A stretch of DNA of 64,000 nucleotides from Eledone cirrhosa (GCA_964016885.1 CAXHJY010000689.1:1-64000), one strand, 5' to 3'; counted from the first letter of the stretch, positions 44,483 through 59,855 are shown. Numbers and translations: made by a program. Notes: generated by a model from the letters alone, not told the origin.

Positions 44483-44519
44483 TATACATATATATATATA
44501 TATATACATATATATATAC

Positions 44520-44581
<62 letters not shown>

Positions 44582-44664
44582 ATATGTATGTGATGAAACA
44601 CAGATACCAACACATCTGTATATATATTCGAGCTAATTCCATTGTAAAAGAATTCATTACCTTA

Positions 44665-44736
<72 letters not shown>

Positions 44737-44823
44737 CATATATATATATACATATATACATATACATATATATATATACATATATATATATATACATATA
44801 TATATATACATATATATATATAC

Positions 44824-44854
<31 letters not shown>

Positions 44855-44928
44855 CATATATATAATACATATATATATATTTATATATATATATATATAT
44901 GCCAATGTAGTTAAGTGTATGCACGTAA

Positions 44929-44968
<40 letters not shown>

Positions 44969-44969
44969 G

Positions 44970-45076
<107 letters not shown>

Positions 45077-46299
45077 TTCACGTATATACCATCGTATACA
45101 CATACTCACGAATGCTCATAGTGTGCATGTGTGTTTATGATAAACTAAATATGAGATAACATGTCTCTCAATTTTGTTCTCACTAACATGGCTTCTTTCC
45201 TTCTTTTATTCTTTCGTATATACGGCCTCTTGTTCTCTATCTCTCTGTCACTTCTTCCCCACCTCCCGCACCACGTATCTAATCTACACACACACACACA
45301 CACTCACACATATATTTATATATATATATACACAAGCACACACATCTGTCTTGCTGATTTTCTCATTATTGTCTTATTGCTTCTATATATATTTTTTCTT
45401 CATCGCCTGTCGAAACGAAGAAGTGAAATAATGATTCCTTACACTGGCACAAGGCCACTCTAAGACTTCAAATATTAGAGTGGCAGAACAACTTATCATA
45501 TTTTATTTAAGAACATATCCCTTTCTATCTAATAAGGGTAAAATAAGCATCGTGTCTATTTATCTTATGCGTTTCACAGGCTGCTGTTTGAAAAGACATG
45601 TCACGGTGTATCTTGATATTATGTAAGCTGTCTAAAAGGCGCCAATGTTAAATAGGTTTCATAGAATTATGTAATTCACGTTTGTAAACATGAGCAGCTC
45701 TATAAACGCATTGCTTTCCAATTAACATGCGTTTTGACAATAAGATAGGACCGTTTATCGTATCCTTCATTTCTTTATACTTTGTCACATAGATTTAATT
45801 TATTAGTTTTATAATAGTCGTATCGGATTTATAACTCCGTAAAGTGACTCAGATAGACTGTGAATTGGCAATGTTGTTAGAACCTCGGATAGAATGCCTG
45901 GCGATATTCATTCTGGCTCTATGCTCTAATTTCAAATTTTGCCGAGGTCAACGTAGCCTTTCATCCTTTCGAAGTCAATAAAAAAGTGTCATTCTTTCTC
46001 ACTTCCTTTCTTTCACACTCGTTTTCTTCTTCTCTAGAAGAAATCGGGAATGTTCCGACCTGGAGAGGGTTCAGCTTCCCCAGGCTTAATATTGCCTCCA
46101 AAATGACGTATATCACTACGACTCCACCAGGAATTACGGGTTTATACTTACATACAAAATGGTTGCAAATCATCACTCTCTCCCACCAATCTCGGGGTGG
46201 TGCTCTCTAAAGGCCACTGTCCTTGCCTACCTGACTATATAATAAAAAAATGAGAATTTCTGTGTCTTGCTGAGTTCAGTTAGGGTTATTGTCTGGTCA

Positions 46300-47560
46300 A
46301 GCAATTATAGAGCTATATTTAATGTCGTATTTTCTGTCTTTGTCGCTATTGCTTCGTAAGTAGAATATAATCTGAAGAAATGCCAAATAATGATGAAAAT
46401 ATTTAAAGAAATGCTGAAATGCACACTCGAATATTTTCGAATACAAAACACCAAGATTAACAGCTAACAGCAATCTCATTCTCATCTCTAAATATCCCAT
46501 GCAGAGAGGCTTCGCAATTACAAATTGAATGGAGCAGCATTGAATAATGTTTTCCAGTGTTCTTGACAAATAGAGGGGGGGGGGGAGAGAGATAGAGATC
46601 TGTATCTGCTTTCATTTCATGTATATATGTATATATCTATGTATGCATATATATATAGACATGTATGTATGTGTGTATGTATGAATGTATTTATGTATGT
46701 GTTTTGTCCCCTTTTCTGAATTTCAAGTTTTATTTTTATAGGCCACGTGCCCAGTGGTGAAACTGAAAAGAAAAGGGACATTCCAATGTCTTTTGCGCAG
46801 TTGCTCATCCTTTAAATTCTAAGGTTTAACATATTTTCAAAGATCTAGATATTGTGGCCATTTATAGCGTATGAATTAAGGAGCTGCGTTCGTTCTCAAA
46901 GAATTCAAGTTCAGTCATGATTTGGTCAAGGGGTGTTAGTATATATATAGTCCAATATAGAATTAATTGATATGATAATATATTTTGGGTACTGGGTCTA
47001 CAAATTCCTCAACAATAGTTCGTAGATATTTTCCTACTACATTGATATCTAGTAGATACCTTTCTTCTCTTGTATCTTACTTATTATATTAACGCAGAAT
47101 GGGCACCTGACAAGTATCACAAAACGTGTTTTTATTCTATGGTCATAAACATCAATAACGGGTCGGTGGCGCTTTAATTTGGTGTAAGATTTAATTTTTA
47201 GGTTCTACTAAAATTCAGTCTCAATAGATTCGTTTCTATTTGTTCTTACTTTCGTATTCTTTAGTATGTTCCAGATTGTTGTGGCTACCACATCATGCCT
47301 GACAGGAAGGCGGTAAGGAGAAAATATTTCAAAATTGGGAAAAATCTGACTAACATCTTCAGGTTTTGTTTTATTTTCCAGCTAATGATTTCCCTCTTTT
47401 GTGAAGTAGGTACTTGGTGGGAATTTCATGTTGCTGGGTAGCATGAAGGTATTCTTGAAGGCGAGATGTTACGAAATTGTCAAAACACTTTGTCAAGCTT
47501 TTTGTGTGGTTTTTCCTCTCTGTAGTCTGTGATTTTTTTTTTTTACTTAAGTTCCCATGT
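46300..47560 (-). pseudogene. Possible highly decayed PLE reverse transcriptase
   Basis: Only scattered motif traces (YTNTP, YLDL, GVLYSK) in plausible order; many stops. Confidence 0.3.
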
Positions 47561-47627
47561 ACACCCTTCAACAATTGATGCATTATTTCATTTTCCTGTA
47601 ACATTGAGTGAAATTTCCAATGTTCCT

Positions 47628-47709
<82 letters not shown>

Positions 47710-47877
47710 TATGTGTGTGTGTGAGAGAGAGTATGTGTGTGTGTGTGTATGTATATATGCATATATGTGTGAGTATGTGCGTATGTATCTGGGAAATTTG
47801 TAGATTATGACAACGTATAACATAGCGTTAATAGTATCGAAAACACTCACGCACTTGTATTATTAACCTATATATAA

Positions 47878-48072
47878 GGGCGAGTGGGTTGGCAGTATCG
47901 GTAGAAGGTCGGACGCCATGCTTTGCAGCATAGAGTTACGGCCCTTTATGATCTGAGTTCAAATCCCGCCCAGGTTAACTTTGCCTTTCATCCTTACGGG
48001 GTCGATAAAATAAAATACCAGTTATGCACTGGGATAATTGTTGGCCCTTTGCCAAAAGTAGAAACAATTATT
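47878..48072 (+). mobile_element. SINE family 1
   Basis: Full-length copy. Confidence 0.9.
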
Positions 48073-48600
48073 AACCTATTTCCAAAATACATTCCTATCA
48101 TTGCTAGTTGCTGATCTTGTAGAAGTAACAATTGTCCGGTATTTCTATGGCGTGGAGCCTTAGATATCATTCGTAAGCCTTTTACTGATAATAGAATAGT
48201 TCAACCTGGATCGTTACTTTCGGATGCCTTGAACTAACTGTGGCTTCTACAGCACCTGCCCTACTGACTCATACATGTGATGGAAATTATTATCCTTATT
48301 TACTTTGGCACTTTACCTTTTGATAGTTGGTTTATATGAGAATCAGTGGCTCGATTAATGAGGATAATTTAGGTAGCACCTGACTCACTCTCCTAACATT
48401 TTCTCGCGCGCTCTCCCCCACATACACACATACACACGCACACACGCACACACACGCACACACACACACACATATATATATATATGAATATAGATATATA
48501 GGTGTGTATGCGTTTGTATACACACATATACATGTTGGCTTTGATGGAGAATTTTTGTAATACCGCTAACTGGGATATACTTTTCATGTCTATATATAAA

Positions 48601-48637
<37 letters not shown>

Positions 48638-49329
48638 CACATATATATTCAATACTATTTGTATAAAATATTTGTGAAAACTTAAAGCATGTGTTTATCT
48701 AATGCATATGAGTAGATATGAAAGTAGTTCATTTATCAATGCCCCCATATAAGTATAATGTCTGAACTAGTTTCAACATCCCCTGATTACAGGTATAATA
48801 TATTCGACCATCCCCCACGCGGTTCCTATCAATCCAATTTCATGTCACTTATCTAAGTCACCGGTGAGATCGAACCTAAACCCTCATGAGTGCCAAGCAA
48901 ACTTGTTAACCACTCAGCCACTCCTGTATTCACATAGTAGGGATTGCAAAATATAATTCAATAAGACTACAAAGAAATGTTAATCATACTTAATTTAGTG
49001 AGGAAAAACATATCTAATTAAAAGTACATCTGTATTTGGGAGAGAAAAAGTCATTAGCTTTCATTATCAATTATGGAATAAAAAGCAATGGAAACAACTG
49101 CGAAATAAAAACAACTACTTAAATTTTCAGTTGGGTTTGCTGAATCTCCCTGAGAACATGTTCGTGGAATGCTCAACCACTTACACTTTAATTTATTAGA
49201 AACCCTGTTCGTCGAAACATATGGATGTTCATTCCATATCCACAGTATACGGTTACTCCAATTATGCTTTAAACACATTTGGAAACAGCATTAATAGCAT
49301 ATTTGTATTACTTTCATCTCCATCATAGA

Positions 49330-50720
49330 GCCAACTTTTGCTATTTTCCTCTGGTATCATCACCACCACCTTAATAAGCGGAACGTATTTTCATATAATT
49401 TAGAAAGAATTGTTTTCTTTCATAGGCCTAAACGTTTGAAAATTTGAGATATTACCCAAGAAATGTATACTTCATTTAATGTCAGACCGCTCGTGAGCAC
49501 TAGTGGTAATATGTTATCAGGTACAACATGTTTCATGGTCGGGTCATCACCGACTAAACCGGCAACCACACTAAGCTTGTTTGGTAGTGGTGTGGTGGTG
49601 GTGGTGGTGGTGGTGGGGGGGGGGGGGGTATTTAGACAGCTTGTGGGATGAAAAACAAAACCTGTCAAATGGCGGAGGAATTTAGGAGAGTCAACGACCA
49701 GCCAATAAAGTATCTACATATACATTTTAAGTGTAAAAAAATTACTTCACTAAACCCTATATAAATTGAAACATTACCCAGTATCTTTCTTTGACAAATT
49801 AATCTAGTCAATAATGATGATGTTTATTCCTTTATGGAAAATGGGTATATTTTTCAAGAAGTACTTCTATCCAATAATGGAGGGAAAATTAGGGACAATT
49901 CTTGTTTAAAAGAGGGCATTCATTCACGGTGAAATGATGGTGATATTTATAACCGAAAGGACTTTCTTTCTGTTAACTCTATGAAAAGTAGGAATTTTAT
50001 TTAGGGAATCGTGGTTAAAATATCGAGGTCTTTCATTCACTTGACTCTGAAGAAATTAGAGATACTATCCAGAATATATTTAATTAACTACATTATATGA
50101 TGGACTGGGCAGATTATTATCCAGGAAGTAATTCACCCACTTAACCATACGTAAATTTGAGATGATATCTAACTCCGATTGATTGAGCTGAATTGCTTTT
50201 AGAAGCTTCTCGTTATTTCTTCATTTTATTTCTGACTTGAGCAAAATGAGGTCATCGTATTATAGATATGAATGAGGATTTGATTTTATACCTCTTTAGT
50301 ATTTTTCTCTTTTTTCTTTACTGTTTCATTTTCGTATCAATGCAATTCTGTGTTTACCACTAGACAGTTTTAAACAGATTATTTCCAACTTCGCATGATT
50401 GCTAATTATGAAATCAATGTATTGACATCAACTGGAAGCAAAGAGACATAAAACACCAGCCAAAAGCTACTTTGCTCCGATATTCATAACATCTTTTAAG
50501 GGGCAAAGAGGAAATAATTTACTTAAAAAAGAATAAAAAATCAGAATAACGACGAATTTATACACCACTAAATACTACTGGTATTGATCTCCTATTGAAG
50601 GACAAAATATCAAATTTAAATTCAATAGAATCCCGTAAAACACCCATATATTAAAAGAATATGTTTAAGATAAATTCTCGAAAAGATCTCTGATTCGTTA
50701 CGTAAAGTGATGGAAGTTTT
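49330..50720 (-). pseudogene. Possible decayed PLE N-terminal ORF region
   Basis: Traces HKGINIIIID (compare DKG..IVIMD), then DPT, then KLYEN...PLI, in the expected order. Confidence 0.35.
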
Positions 50721-50997
50721 CAGCTACGATATGGTGGGTAATGACTACCATTATATATATTATATATTATAGGCACCACACAATACGATGGCTGCTGGCT
50801 GATAACATCCGTCGACCCATACCAGTAATTGGGGCAGGTTGCTTGTTGTGTTACTGTGAGGGATTGGATGTGTTTTTGAAGGACGTATATCAATTTAATT
50901 GATGCAGTATGCGGATGATACGTAGGGTTAATCGTAGGATTATGAATTATGTTTACTTGAGTTCATGGATAAAATGGGTGTGGTTTAGATATGAGGG

Positions 50998-51031
<34 letters not shown>

Positions 51032-51064
51032 TTATACTTATATATATACATTTAAGTTTGGCGA

Positions 51065-51125
51065 TTTGCCTGATGATGTCACCAGGATCTTACGGAACCT
51101 GGCCACTGAAATGTACATAGTGTTT
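51065..51125 (+). ncRNA. Candidate hammerhead motif
   Basis: CUGAUGA-UGUCACCAGG...CCUGGCCACU-GAAAUGUACAUA with palindromic AUGUACAU stem III; stem I is weak. Confidence 0.55.
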
Positions 51126-51184
51126 GCTATAATAAATCTTTGAAGGAATTCCACCAGTCCGGACTCCTGTCATTTTACTCAATA

Positions 51185-51257
<73 letters not shown>

Positions 51258-51288
51258 TATATATATATATATAAATAAATATATATAT

Positions 51289-51360
<72 letters not shown>

Positions 51361-51902
51361 GTATATATAATTGTTTCTACTTTTGGAACAAGGCCAACAA
51401 TTATCTCAGTGTATTACTGGTACTTTATTTTATCGACCCCGTAAGGATGAAAGGTAAAGTTAACCAATACCCTCAGATCTAAACAAATATCGTTAAAGGT
51501 TATTCCTTTAAAACGGATATGAACCACAATTATACTGGAGTACTCAGGACATTTATTCATGTCTTTTACAAGATGATTCCCAAATTTTCGATTGACTATC
51601 ATATACATATCTATGGGTGGTGTATACATATATATATGTATATATATATATATATATGTGTGTGTGCGTGTGCGTGCGTGCGTGTGTGTGCGTGCGTGCA
51701 TGTGTGTGTGTGTGAATGAACGAAGCTGTTGCCATAAGAAGCTTTGAGAAAAATTTGAAATATGTGCCTCCCAACGTAAATGACTATAATACTGGTCAAT
51801 CATTAGTGTATAGTATAGTTGAGAAAATCGGGTAAAGCATTCTTTGAAGCAAACAAAGATGGACAGAAGCGTCTGGGAGGAATTAAACACTCCATCTTTT
51901 GT

Positions 51903-51988
<86 letters not shown>

Positions 51989-52185
51989 GGGAAGGAAGTG
52001 GGAGTTGAGAACTTCATGAATAAACGATGGTTCGAAAATGAAACAAAAACAGACATCCTTCTTAATCTCCATCACAAATAATGGCTTCAACAGATTGTGT
52101 TGGAAATGAAGCAACATAGAACGGTTAGGGGGGGGGGGAGGCTGGGTGAATGAGCATTTGAAAAAATGTAATGATATATATATAT

Positions 52186-52242
<57 letters not shown>

Positions 52243-52350
52243 GTGTAGAGATAGATAGACATGGATACACAGGAACACACACACACATACTCATATATAT
52301 GTACATATATATAATATATATATATATACACACACACACACATATATATA

Positions 52351-52381
<31 letters not shown>

Positions 52382-52395
52382 ATAATATATAAATG

Positions 52396-52439
<44 letters not shown>

Positions 52440-52827
52440 GAATGAGAAAGAGATTGACATGTTTGGGCGTGAGTGTATGTATGTGTGTGTAAACACATAC
52501 ATGTGTATTTGTAAACATCTGTATAGGTAAGGATAGATTTCGTTAAATTCCTTCATGTCAGCCGCTGGATAAATGTGAAAATCATAAAGACCAGTAGGTT
52601 GTTTCAAGTGTCGGACTAAACGTTAGGTACCATATTGTTTCTGTAGTTCATCATTTCTGATCCCCCTTTACCTAATTGCAGTCATAAAACTGTTATAAAA
52701 CTACTTCAACTCATATAAAATCAGACAATTATTGAATTGTTTGGAGAATCTCCAACAGCTCTCTATTTCGTTCGTACATACCTATGTACGTATGTTCGTA
52801 TGTATTTATGTATGTGTATATGTGTAC

Positions 52828-52873
<46 letters not shown>

Positions 52874-52916
52874 CCCTCTCTCACTCTCCCTCCTCTCTCT
52901 TTCTCTCTCTCTATAT

Positions 52917-53095
52917 AGTGAAAGTTAGAGCCAGACAGCTGAGCTAACGCCGTTTTAACGGATGTGGATAAATGGTTATCCACACGCCGTTGAAACGGCG
53001 TGAGCTCATAGGCCGGCACTAGCTTTTCACTGTACACACACTCTACTTTCCCAAGTATTCAGTACTTAGCTGAACATGGTCTTGCTGTTCTAAAT
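52917..53095. mobile_element. Decayed palindromic PLE-type end, family of 16661-16880
   Basis: Imperfect palindrome 52917-53030 with GAAACGGCGTGAGCTC and tail CTCTACT.TCCCAAGTATTCAGTAC. Confidence 0.65.
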
Positions 53096-53108
53096 TGTTA
53101 ACTCCTAA

Positions 53109-53199
<91 letters not shown>

Positions 53200-54439
53200 G
53201 TAGTTTAGAAGTGTGTGCTTCACATCGCTTTTATATACTGGCATAATCATCTTGTTATGTTTGCTTAATCAATTATTTTAGTATCTGGAATTTAAACTAA
53301 AGTTTAAAATGCAACACTTTGTTTCGTTGGAGACATAATATTATTGCTGCAGCTGTTGTTGTTGTTGTTGTTGTATGCTGAAATAAACCAATGCCATTAG
53401 CAGATATCCGAATAAACATCTCGCCTTTGAATATCTTAAGATATATATGTTTTTGGCAAATAGTTGTTTAGGATATTTACACGCATTGCAAGATGGTTGT
53501 TGCTGAAGTAACTGAAGACATTTTCAGGATAGTTGTGGGTGCAGTAGCTTCCTTACATAAACAGGATCTCAAATTATTTTCAAAAGAAAACGGAAAGCAG
53601 AATTTAAAAATAAACAACCGATGTAATAAATATAATCATAGAGACATATATACAAGCTTAAAAACTTTCAATTGCACAGTGGAAGACATAAAAGTAACAA
53701 ACGTTAATCTAAATGAAAATCAAAAGTATTAACATTTCATCTTTAGCAAACATTGTCGCTCAAAGGATGTGACCCACCATTAACCAGCTCAAGGAAACAG
53801 AAAATATTAGCAATGTATATAACACAAGACAGTATATCCTTATCCAAAAATGTTTCGAGGAAAAATTGAGAAGTAAGTCGATATGCCTGTTCTTCATAAA
53901 CTCTGAAACGAGATTCTGGAAAAACCCCTTGTCGGTGTATGGTTGAAAGTATAGTATATCGACTGGAGAAGGAATGAAATATAGATGCGTGTGCTTGACC
54001 TTTAAAATCGAGAGGCAGGTGAAGAGACAGGTAGGACTATCCTGCTGCAGACAGTATATCGGTCTTAGGAATAAGCTAATCACGTTTTAGGATATTGGCA
54101 CAGATGTTGACCCGTGGCCTGCCATCACCTTTGTTCAGCAGTGCAAACGTGAGGGGTGCGCCAAAATAACATGTGATCGGATGGTTGTACATATACCTAA
54201 AAGTCTTGATTATCTTTGATGACTAGAAAGCTATCACAGAACTGCAGCCATACACACACACACATATATATATATATATACCTGTTTAACGAGTTAATTA
54301 ATCCAGATAGGAAATAATTAATAGGAAATTATTAATAGGAAATAATTAATTAGTGTGTAAACCACAGTTAACATTCAACGTATTACTGATTCATAGTCGA
54401 ATGAATCATTTTATAGTTTGTCAGCTATAGAACATATTC

Positions 54440-54795
54440 TGGTCAGCTTTGCCCTTCATCCTTACGAAGTCAATTAAATAAAGTACCAGTAAGCACTGGG
54501 TAGATTTAATCGACTTTCCATTTCCCTTCAAATTGCTGGCCTTGTGCCAGTAGAAACAAATTATTACTATTATTAGGACGGTAGCTTAGCAGTATCGGTA
54601 GAGCGCCGGACAATGTTTTGTCACATATAATTATGTCCCTTTATGTTCTGTGTTCTAATCCCGCCAATGTAAGCTTCGTCTTTCATCTTTGCGGTGTCGC
54701 TAAAATAAAACACCAGTAACGCACTAGGGTCGATTTAATCGACTTGCCCCTCCCATAAAATTGTTGGCCTTGTGCCTAAATCAGAAACCATTATT
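54440..54795 (+). mobile_element. Two tandem SINE family 1 copies
   Basis: Core and tail repeated. Confidence 0.82.
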
Positions 54796-55140
54796 ACTAT
54801 CAGCTAATAAATTGGGAAGGTGGGTTGAAGTGGGGGTTTAAGTATGCTGTTTAATTACTTACAAATGAAAGATTACGACTGGCTGTCTTGGATGTTAATT
54901 ATTCTTAAAATGTTTCATATTAATTTTTAATTGCGTTCATGACTTTTCCATTCTTCAGAAGGTCTCCATTAACGAGGTCTATAGCTTAATGTTGCACAAG
55001 ACGTAGCTTAACTAACCAATATTATTTAACTTACTATCACAACTTTTATCCGCGTACGCGTGATTCTGTATCTGTGTATTGACTCATATATACCTTAAAT
55101 ACAAGAACTGAAAGGGAAGCCCACCTGCTCTAATAGCGAA

Positions 55141-55624
55141 ATGAGTGGCGTTCTCATAAAGGAACAGTGGTGTGTTATAAACTTTTGTGTGAGACTTGGT
55201 AAATCTGTCGATGAAATCTTCCAGCTATTACAAACAGCCTACGGTCAAGGGACGCTGAAGAAATCTACTGTAACGGATTGGCATAACAGGTTTGTAGAAA
55301 TGCGAAATTCACTCATAAAAGAACAAGTAACAGAAGTAGATGTGAAGGACGAAGAGCAATCTGTGGAAGAAGGAGTTAACCAGGAAATGATGAAGACTGA
55401 AAATGAAGCAAGTGACGAGGAAAACTTTGCAGTTCAGCAAAGGATAACTTCACAAACTGGTGGTGTGGAAGAGGGCGGTATGGAATTTCCTACAAATCGC
55501 AGACGAGAAAAACGTAATACGAAGCTTACGTCTTGGTCGAAGATGTTGTGTTTTAAATCGAATGAAAACTCTGTTCTTTTGCAGTCTTACAAAGAAACAA
55601 TCGATAGATCTCCGAATAATCCTG
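55141..55624 (+). CDS. Probable host-gene coding exon with N-terminal mariner/Mos1-type HTH and acidic linker
   Basis: EQWCVINFCVRLGKSVDEIFQLLQTAYGQGTLKKSTVTDWHNRF matches the mariner N-terminal HTH pattern. It is followed by E/D-rich non-transposase sequence without stops. Acceptor TTTTCCATTCTTCAG ends at 54958 and donor G|GTAAGC starts at 55625. No TIRs or DDD domain seen. Confidence 0.75.
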
Positions 55625-56252
55625 GTAAGCTTGTCTTTTTGATGACCATTTTGATATCTTATCGATGATATTAGTGTAATGCTTTATTTATTTTCGCTGT
55701 TTTGTTGTTGTAATATATATATACGTAGGCTGTTTTCGCTTTTGCTTCTGTTATTATTCCTCTTATGTTAGTTATAATCGAGCAGATCTATGGGGAAAGG
55801 CACTCCAGCCGTGACAATCCTGTCTTTTTGCGTATCAAGGAATACATTATCTAATATTTTCTTCCTTTTTTTCTGAGAAGTGTAGGGCATGATTTGAGTA
55901 ATATTAGAATGTTATTTCTAGATGTCTGAGGCTCTTTGTTGGATGGTGTATGTGGTGTGAGTAAATGATGAGGGGTGTATATGTAAGTGGGTGTGTAATG
56001 TGAGAGAATGGTGGCAGTGGTGTGTCAGTGGGTGTGATATGTGTGTGAGTGTCTGTGAATAGTGTGTGCGTATAATATGAGTGTGATGTGTGATATCTGT
56101 GATGTGTATATTATCTGAGTACATGTGATGTGTTTGTGTTGTGAGTATGATGTGTCTTTGATGTGAATGCGTTTGATGTATTAAAGATGAATCTGTGATG
56201 TGTGAGTGATGAGTCTTTGATATGAATGCGTGGGATGTGATTGTTGTGAGTG

Positions 56253-56283
<31 letters not shown>

Positions 56284-56317
56284 TTGATATGAGTATCTTT
56301 GATGTGAGAGCGTGTAA

Positions 56318-56390
<73 letters not shown>

Positions 56391-57094
56391 CTCCCTCTCG
56401 CTCTCTCTCTCTGTATAAGAGTGGTGTGTCTTTGAATTCAGAAATTGTGAATTTAACTCACAAGTCATTTGTGGACCCCGAGGTTATGTTAAAGTGTACG
56501 TCATGATAGCATGGGAGGGGGGAGGGGAACATTTTAACTACCCAGCCCAGCCGTGTTTTGCCTTCACTATGAAAAATGGTTGACTATAGAATGGAGAGTG
56601 ATTAGGTGGAAGAAATGGTAAAGTACTGGACTGAATGCTTTAGGGTATTTAGTTTCGTTCCTTTAACTACCGTGATAGCACATTTTACTTTAGGTAACTG
56701 CAGGGTGTCAGTAGCTGCCAGTTGTAAACGGCGCTGGAAAGTGGCGAATTGGCAGAATCGTCAAAATGTTCTGGCTCTCTGCTCAACTTTGCTTCTCATG
56801 CAAATTAAGGTCGGTGAAAAAGTTCCAGTCAAGTGCTGGAGTCGATTCTTCCTCTATATCGCTTTCTCACTTCCATTCTCTCACTCTCTCTATCTTTCTC
56901 TGGAAGATCTGCTGTGTTCAGACCTGGAAGCAGGCGGGGTCGTTCAGGTTTTTTTTAAATGCCCTCGAAACACCACATGTCAACACGGCTCCTCTAAGAC
57001 TCCCTTAAGAGTTGCACATCTGAAAGAATGGAAAGGGTGCTAATTTAGTTGGCTAAATTAGTTGAGCGTCGGCTAAAAAGTCATCGCGGGATTT

Positions 57095-57670
57095 TTCTTT
57101 CACGTTACATTCTGAGTTCAAATCCCGCCCAGGAAAATTTGTATTTCACCCTTCCTGGGACGATAAAATAAAATACCAATCAAGTAATAGAATCAATTTA
57201 ATCGACTACATAAATTTCTGATCTTATGCCGAAATTAGAAAGCATTATTTAGGGCGGTGGATTGGAAGTATCGGTAGAGAGTCGGACAACATTCTTTGCG
57301 GTATATAGTTATATCCCTTTACGTTCTGAGTTCAAATCCCGCGGGGGTTAGCTTTGCCTTTCATCCTTACGCGGTCGATAAAATAAAGTACCAGTTACGC
57401 ACTGGGGTTGATTTAATCGACCCCCCCCCCTCCCAATTGTTGGCCTTGGGCCTAAATCAGAAACCATTAATTAAGGACAGTGGATTGGCAGAATCATTAA
57501 CGCAACGGAGATATTTAGTTACGACATCTGAGTTCGAATCCCGTTGACGTCAACTTTGATTTTAATCATTCCGGGATCGATAAAAAAAGTAATACTCTTG
57601 TACTAGGGTAGATTTAATCAATTTTGCTTTTCCCCCGCATTTTCCGGCATTGTGCCTAAATTAGAAATCA
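57095..57670 (+). mobile_element. Three tandem SINE family 1 variants
   Basis: B box, core and tail repeated three times. Confidence 0.85.
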
Positions 57671-58204
57671 GTAATTACTATTTGTTGTTACTGTTTTGTA
57701 CCAGTACAACAGTCAACGTGCAGATCTATGGTAAAAGGCACAGTAGTAGTGATTTTGTGAAGGCGCGTGGCTTCGTGGTTAGGGTATTCGATTCATGATC
57801 ATAAGATCATGAGATCGATTCCCGGCGGTGCACAGTGTCCTAAGGCAAGGCACTTTATTTTACGTTACTCCTGTCCTCCCAACTGGAAAAAAAATTGTTG
57901 TATCTGTTACTCATGCACTGTATCACGCCGAATATCCATGCGAACTATTTTAAGGGCACTCATGTCACTGTGATGCTTATCCATGACCACTAATTTGACG
58001 AGCAGGCTGATCTGTTGGTTAAACATCTGGAACATTCGTCGTCGGAACTTACACACACTCATACACTGTCATGACTATGTTGTCATTTGGTGTGTTATTT
58101 TCTATAAGTCAGTAGGGCATATAAGGGAGATTTGGCTGCTGCTTCTAACAACTTGAGTGAGCACATGAAAACTCCTTTGTTGGCTGGCATTCTAAACCTA
58201 AAAT

Positions 58205-58470
58205 CTGTCTCGATCCCGGTGGCTCATCAGACTGGTGCTTATCTTGGTTTCAGTGGCGCTAAGCTTTTGAGAGTACAAGACTTCTCCTGGAAAGAATGCC
58301 AGTCTATCGGAAGATTAAACTCCCAGCTATTGCTGGTACTCATTTTCAGCTGAGTATACTGGAGCAACGGGAAATTAATCACTTTGCTCAAGAACACAAC
58401 ACACAACCCAATTCCAAAATCGAACCCGTAACATTATAATCGTAAGTCCAACACTCTTACCACTAGGTGG
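58205..58470 (-). mobile_element. SINE family 2
   Basis: Homologous to 61875-62150. Confidence 0.85.
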
Positions 58471-58495
58471 CTGACATTATATATGATTGATTAAA

Positions 58496-58688
58496 TGGCG
58501 GTGGATTGGCAGTATCGGTAGAGGGTCGGACGCCATGCTTTGACGTATAGAGTTACGGCCCTTGCCATTCTGAGTTCAAATGCCGCCGAGGTTAAATTTG
58601 CCTTTCATCCTTACGGGGTCGATAAAATAAAGTACCAGTAATGCACTGATATAATTGCTGGCCTTGTGCCAAAAGTAGAAACAATTAT
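58496..58688 (+). mobile_element. SINE family 1
   Basis: Full-length copy. Confidence 0.9.
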
Positions 58689-59738
58689 ACATGATTAATT
58701 GAAGTCGATTATATCGCTTATACCTCACCCTTCTCCAAATATAGCCGAATGCAACGTAGGAAAAATAATTATTAATTATAAGTGAGAGAAATATTTTGGT
58801 ACAGTAAACGGCTTCTCTTTAAATAACATCTATGGCATTTTAATGTTGATAAATTAATAAACTTAATTGAATTAATTCATTAATTTCCATGCTAGCAATA
58901 CATTAAATGTGTGTGTGTGTGGTGGGGAGACGTAACTAAATTAAAACTTAAAACTTTACATACTACCTTCACATTCTCTATATGATACATTCCATGATTT
59001 CAGATGGACCTATTAATGAAGGACAGGGTAGTTAATGTGAATTGAACCGGTCTTCCGTTAGAGGATGAAGATATGTGAGGAGAGTCAAAAGAGAACCTGT
59101 GTAATGAATTTTTACGATTTAATTTGAAAAATCGTAAAGAATACCGAGCATGTTGGAGGTATCCGCTTCCCAACTGCTCAGACTGGGGTGTAGTGTCTGT
59201 CCCCCTTCTCCTTTTCTTTCGTTGCTTGATACATTTTTCTTGTTCTTCTTTCCATTTCCTTTTTTGTGTCCCCTTTAATTGAGTTTTATTTATGTATAGA
59301 TCATTCCACACACAATTACGATCGGAACTTTTAACTTGAGTAAAATGTTTTTTCTTAATTAATTTTCAGAGGAGTCGTTTTAACCACTGAAACGATTATT
59401 CTAACTGAAAAAAAAATGTATATATTGTTTTTAAAATGTCGTTTAATTATACTTAGAATCATCTATTGGGTTATTTCCTTCCTCTGCAGAAAAAGACTGC
59501 CTTTGGCGATCATACTTGGCTACCATATCAGACCTGTCCACTCTCCCCATCCGACTGGGGTGGGTGAGAGATTTCTTTTGTGAAAATGGGTATAGCTTTC
59601 ACTATGTAAAATCTCTCCATTTTACTTCATTTCTCCCCGTTTTGGGGCACTTTTTACCACGTCCCTCCACTATAAGCACACTAGTGGTAATAATATGCAA
59701 TTTCATACACACGCGCGCGCGCACACACACACATACAC

Positions 59739-59783
<45 letters not shown>

Positions 59784-59855
59784 AGGTAAGTTATTCCGGG
59801 TTGAATCGGAGGTAACCACAGTAAGTAAGGTACTCAATACATAGCAGAATATAAA

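Noticed and set aside
53493-54230. Coding remnant in unique-looking sequence
   Set aside because: No recognisable motif in any frame I could read; left unannotated.
59004-59158. Exon read in phase 0 with two in-frame TGA codons as a selenoprotein
   Set aside because: No redox motif or SECIS recognised, and the phase does not match the upstream phase-1 donor; likely chance.
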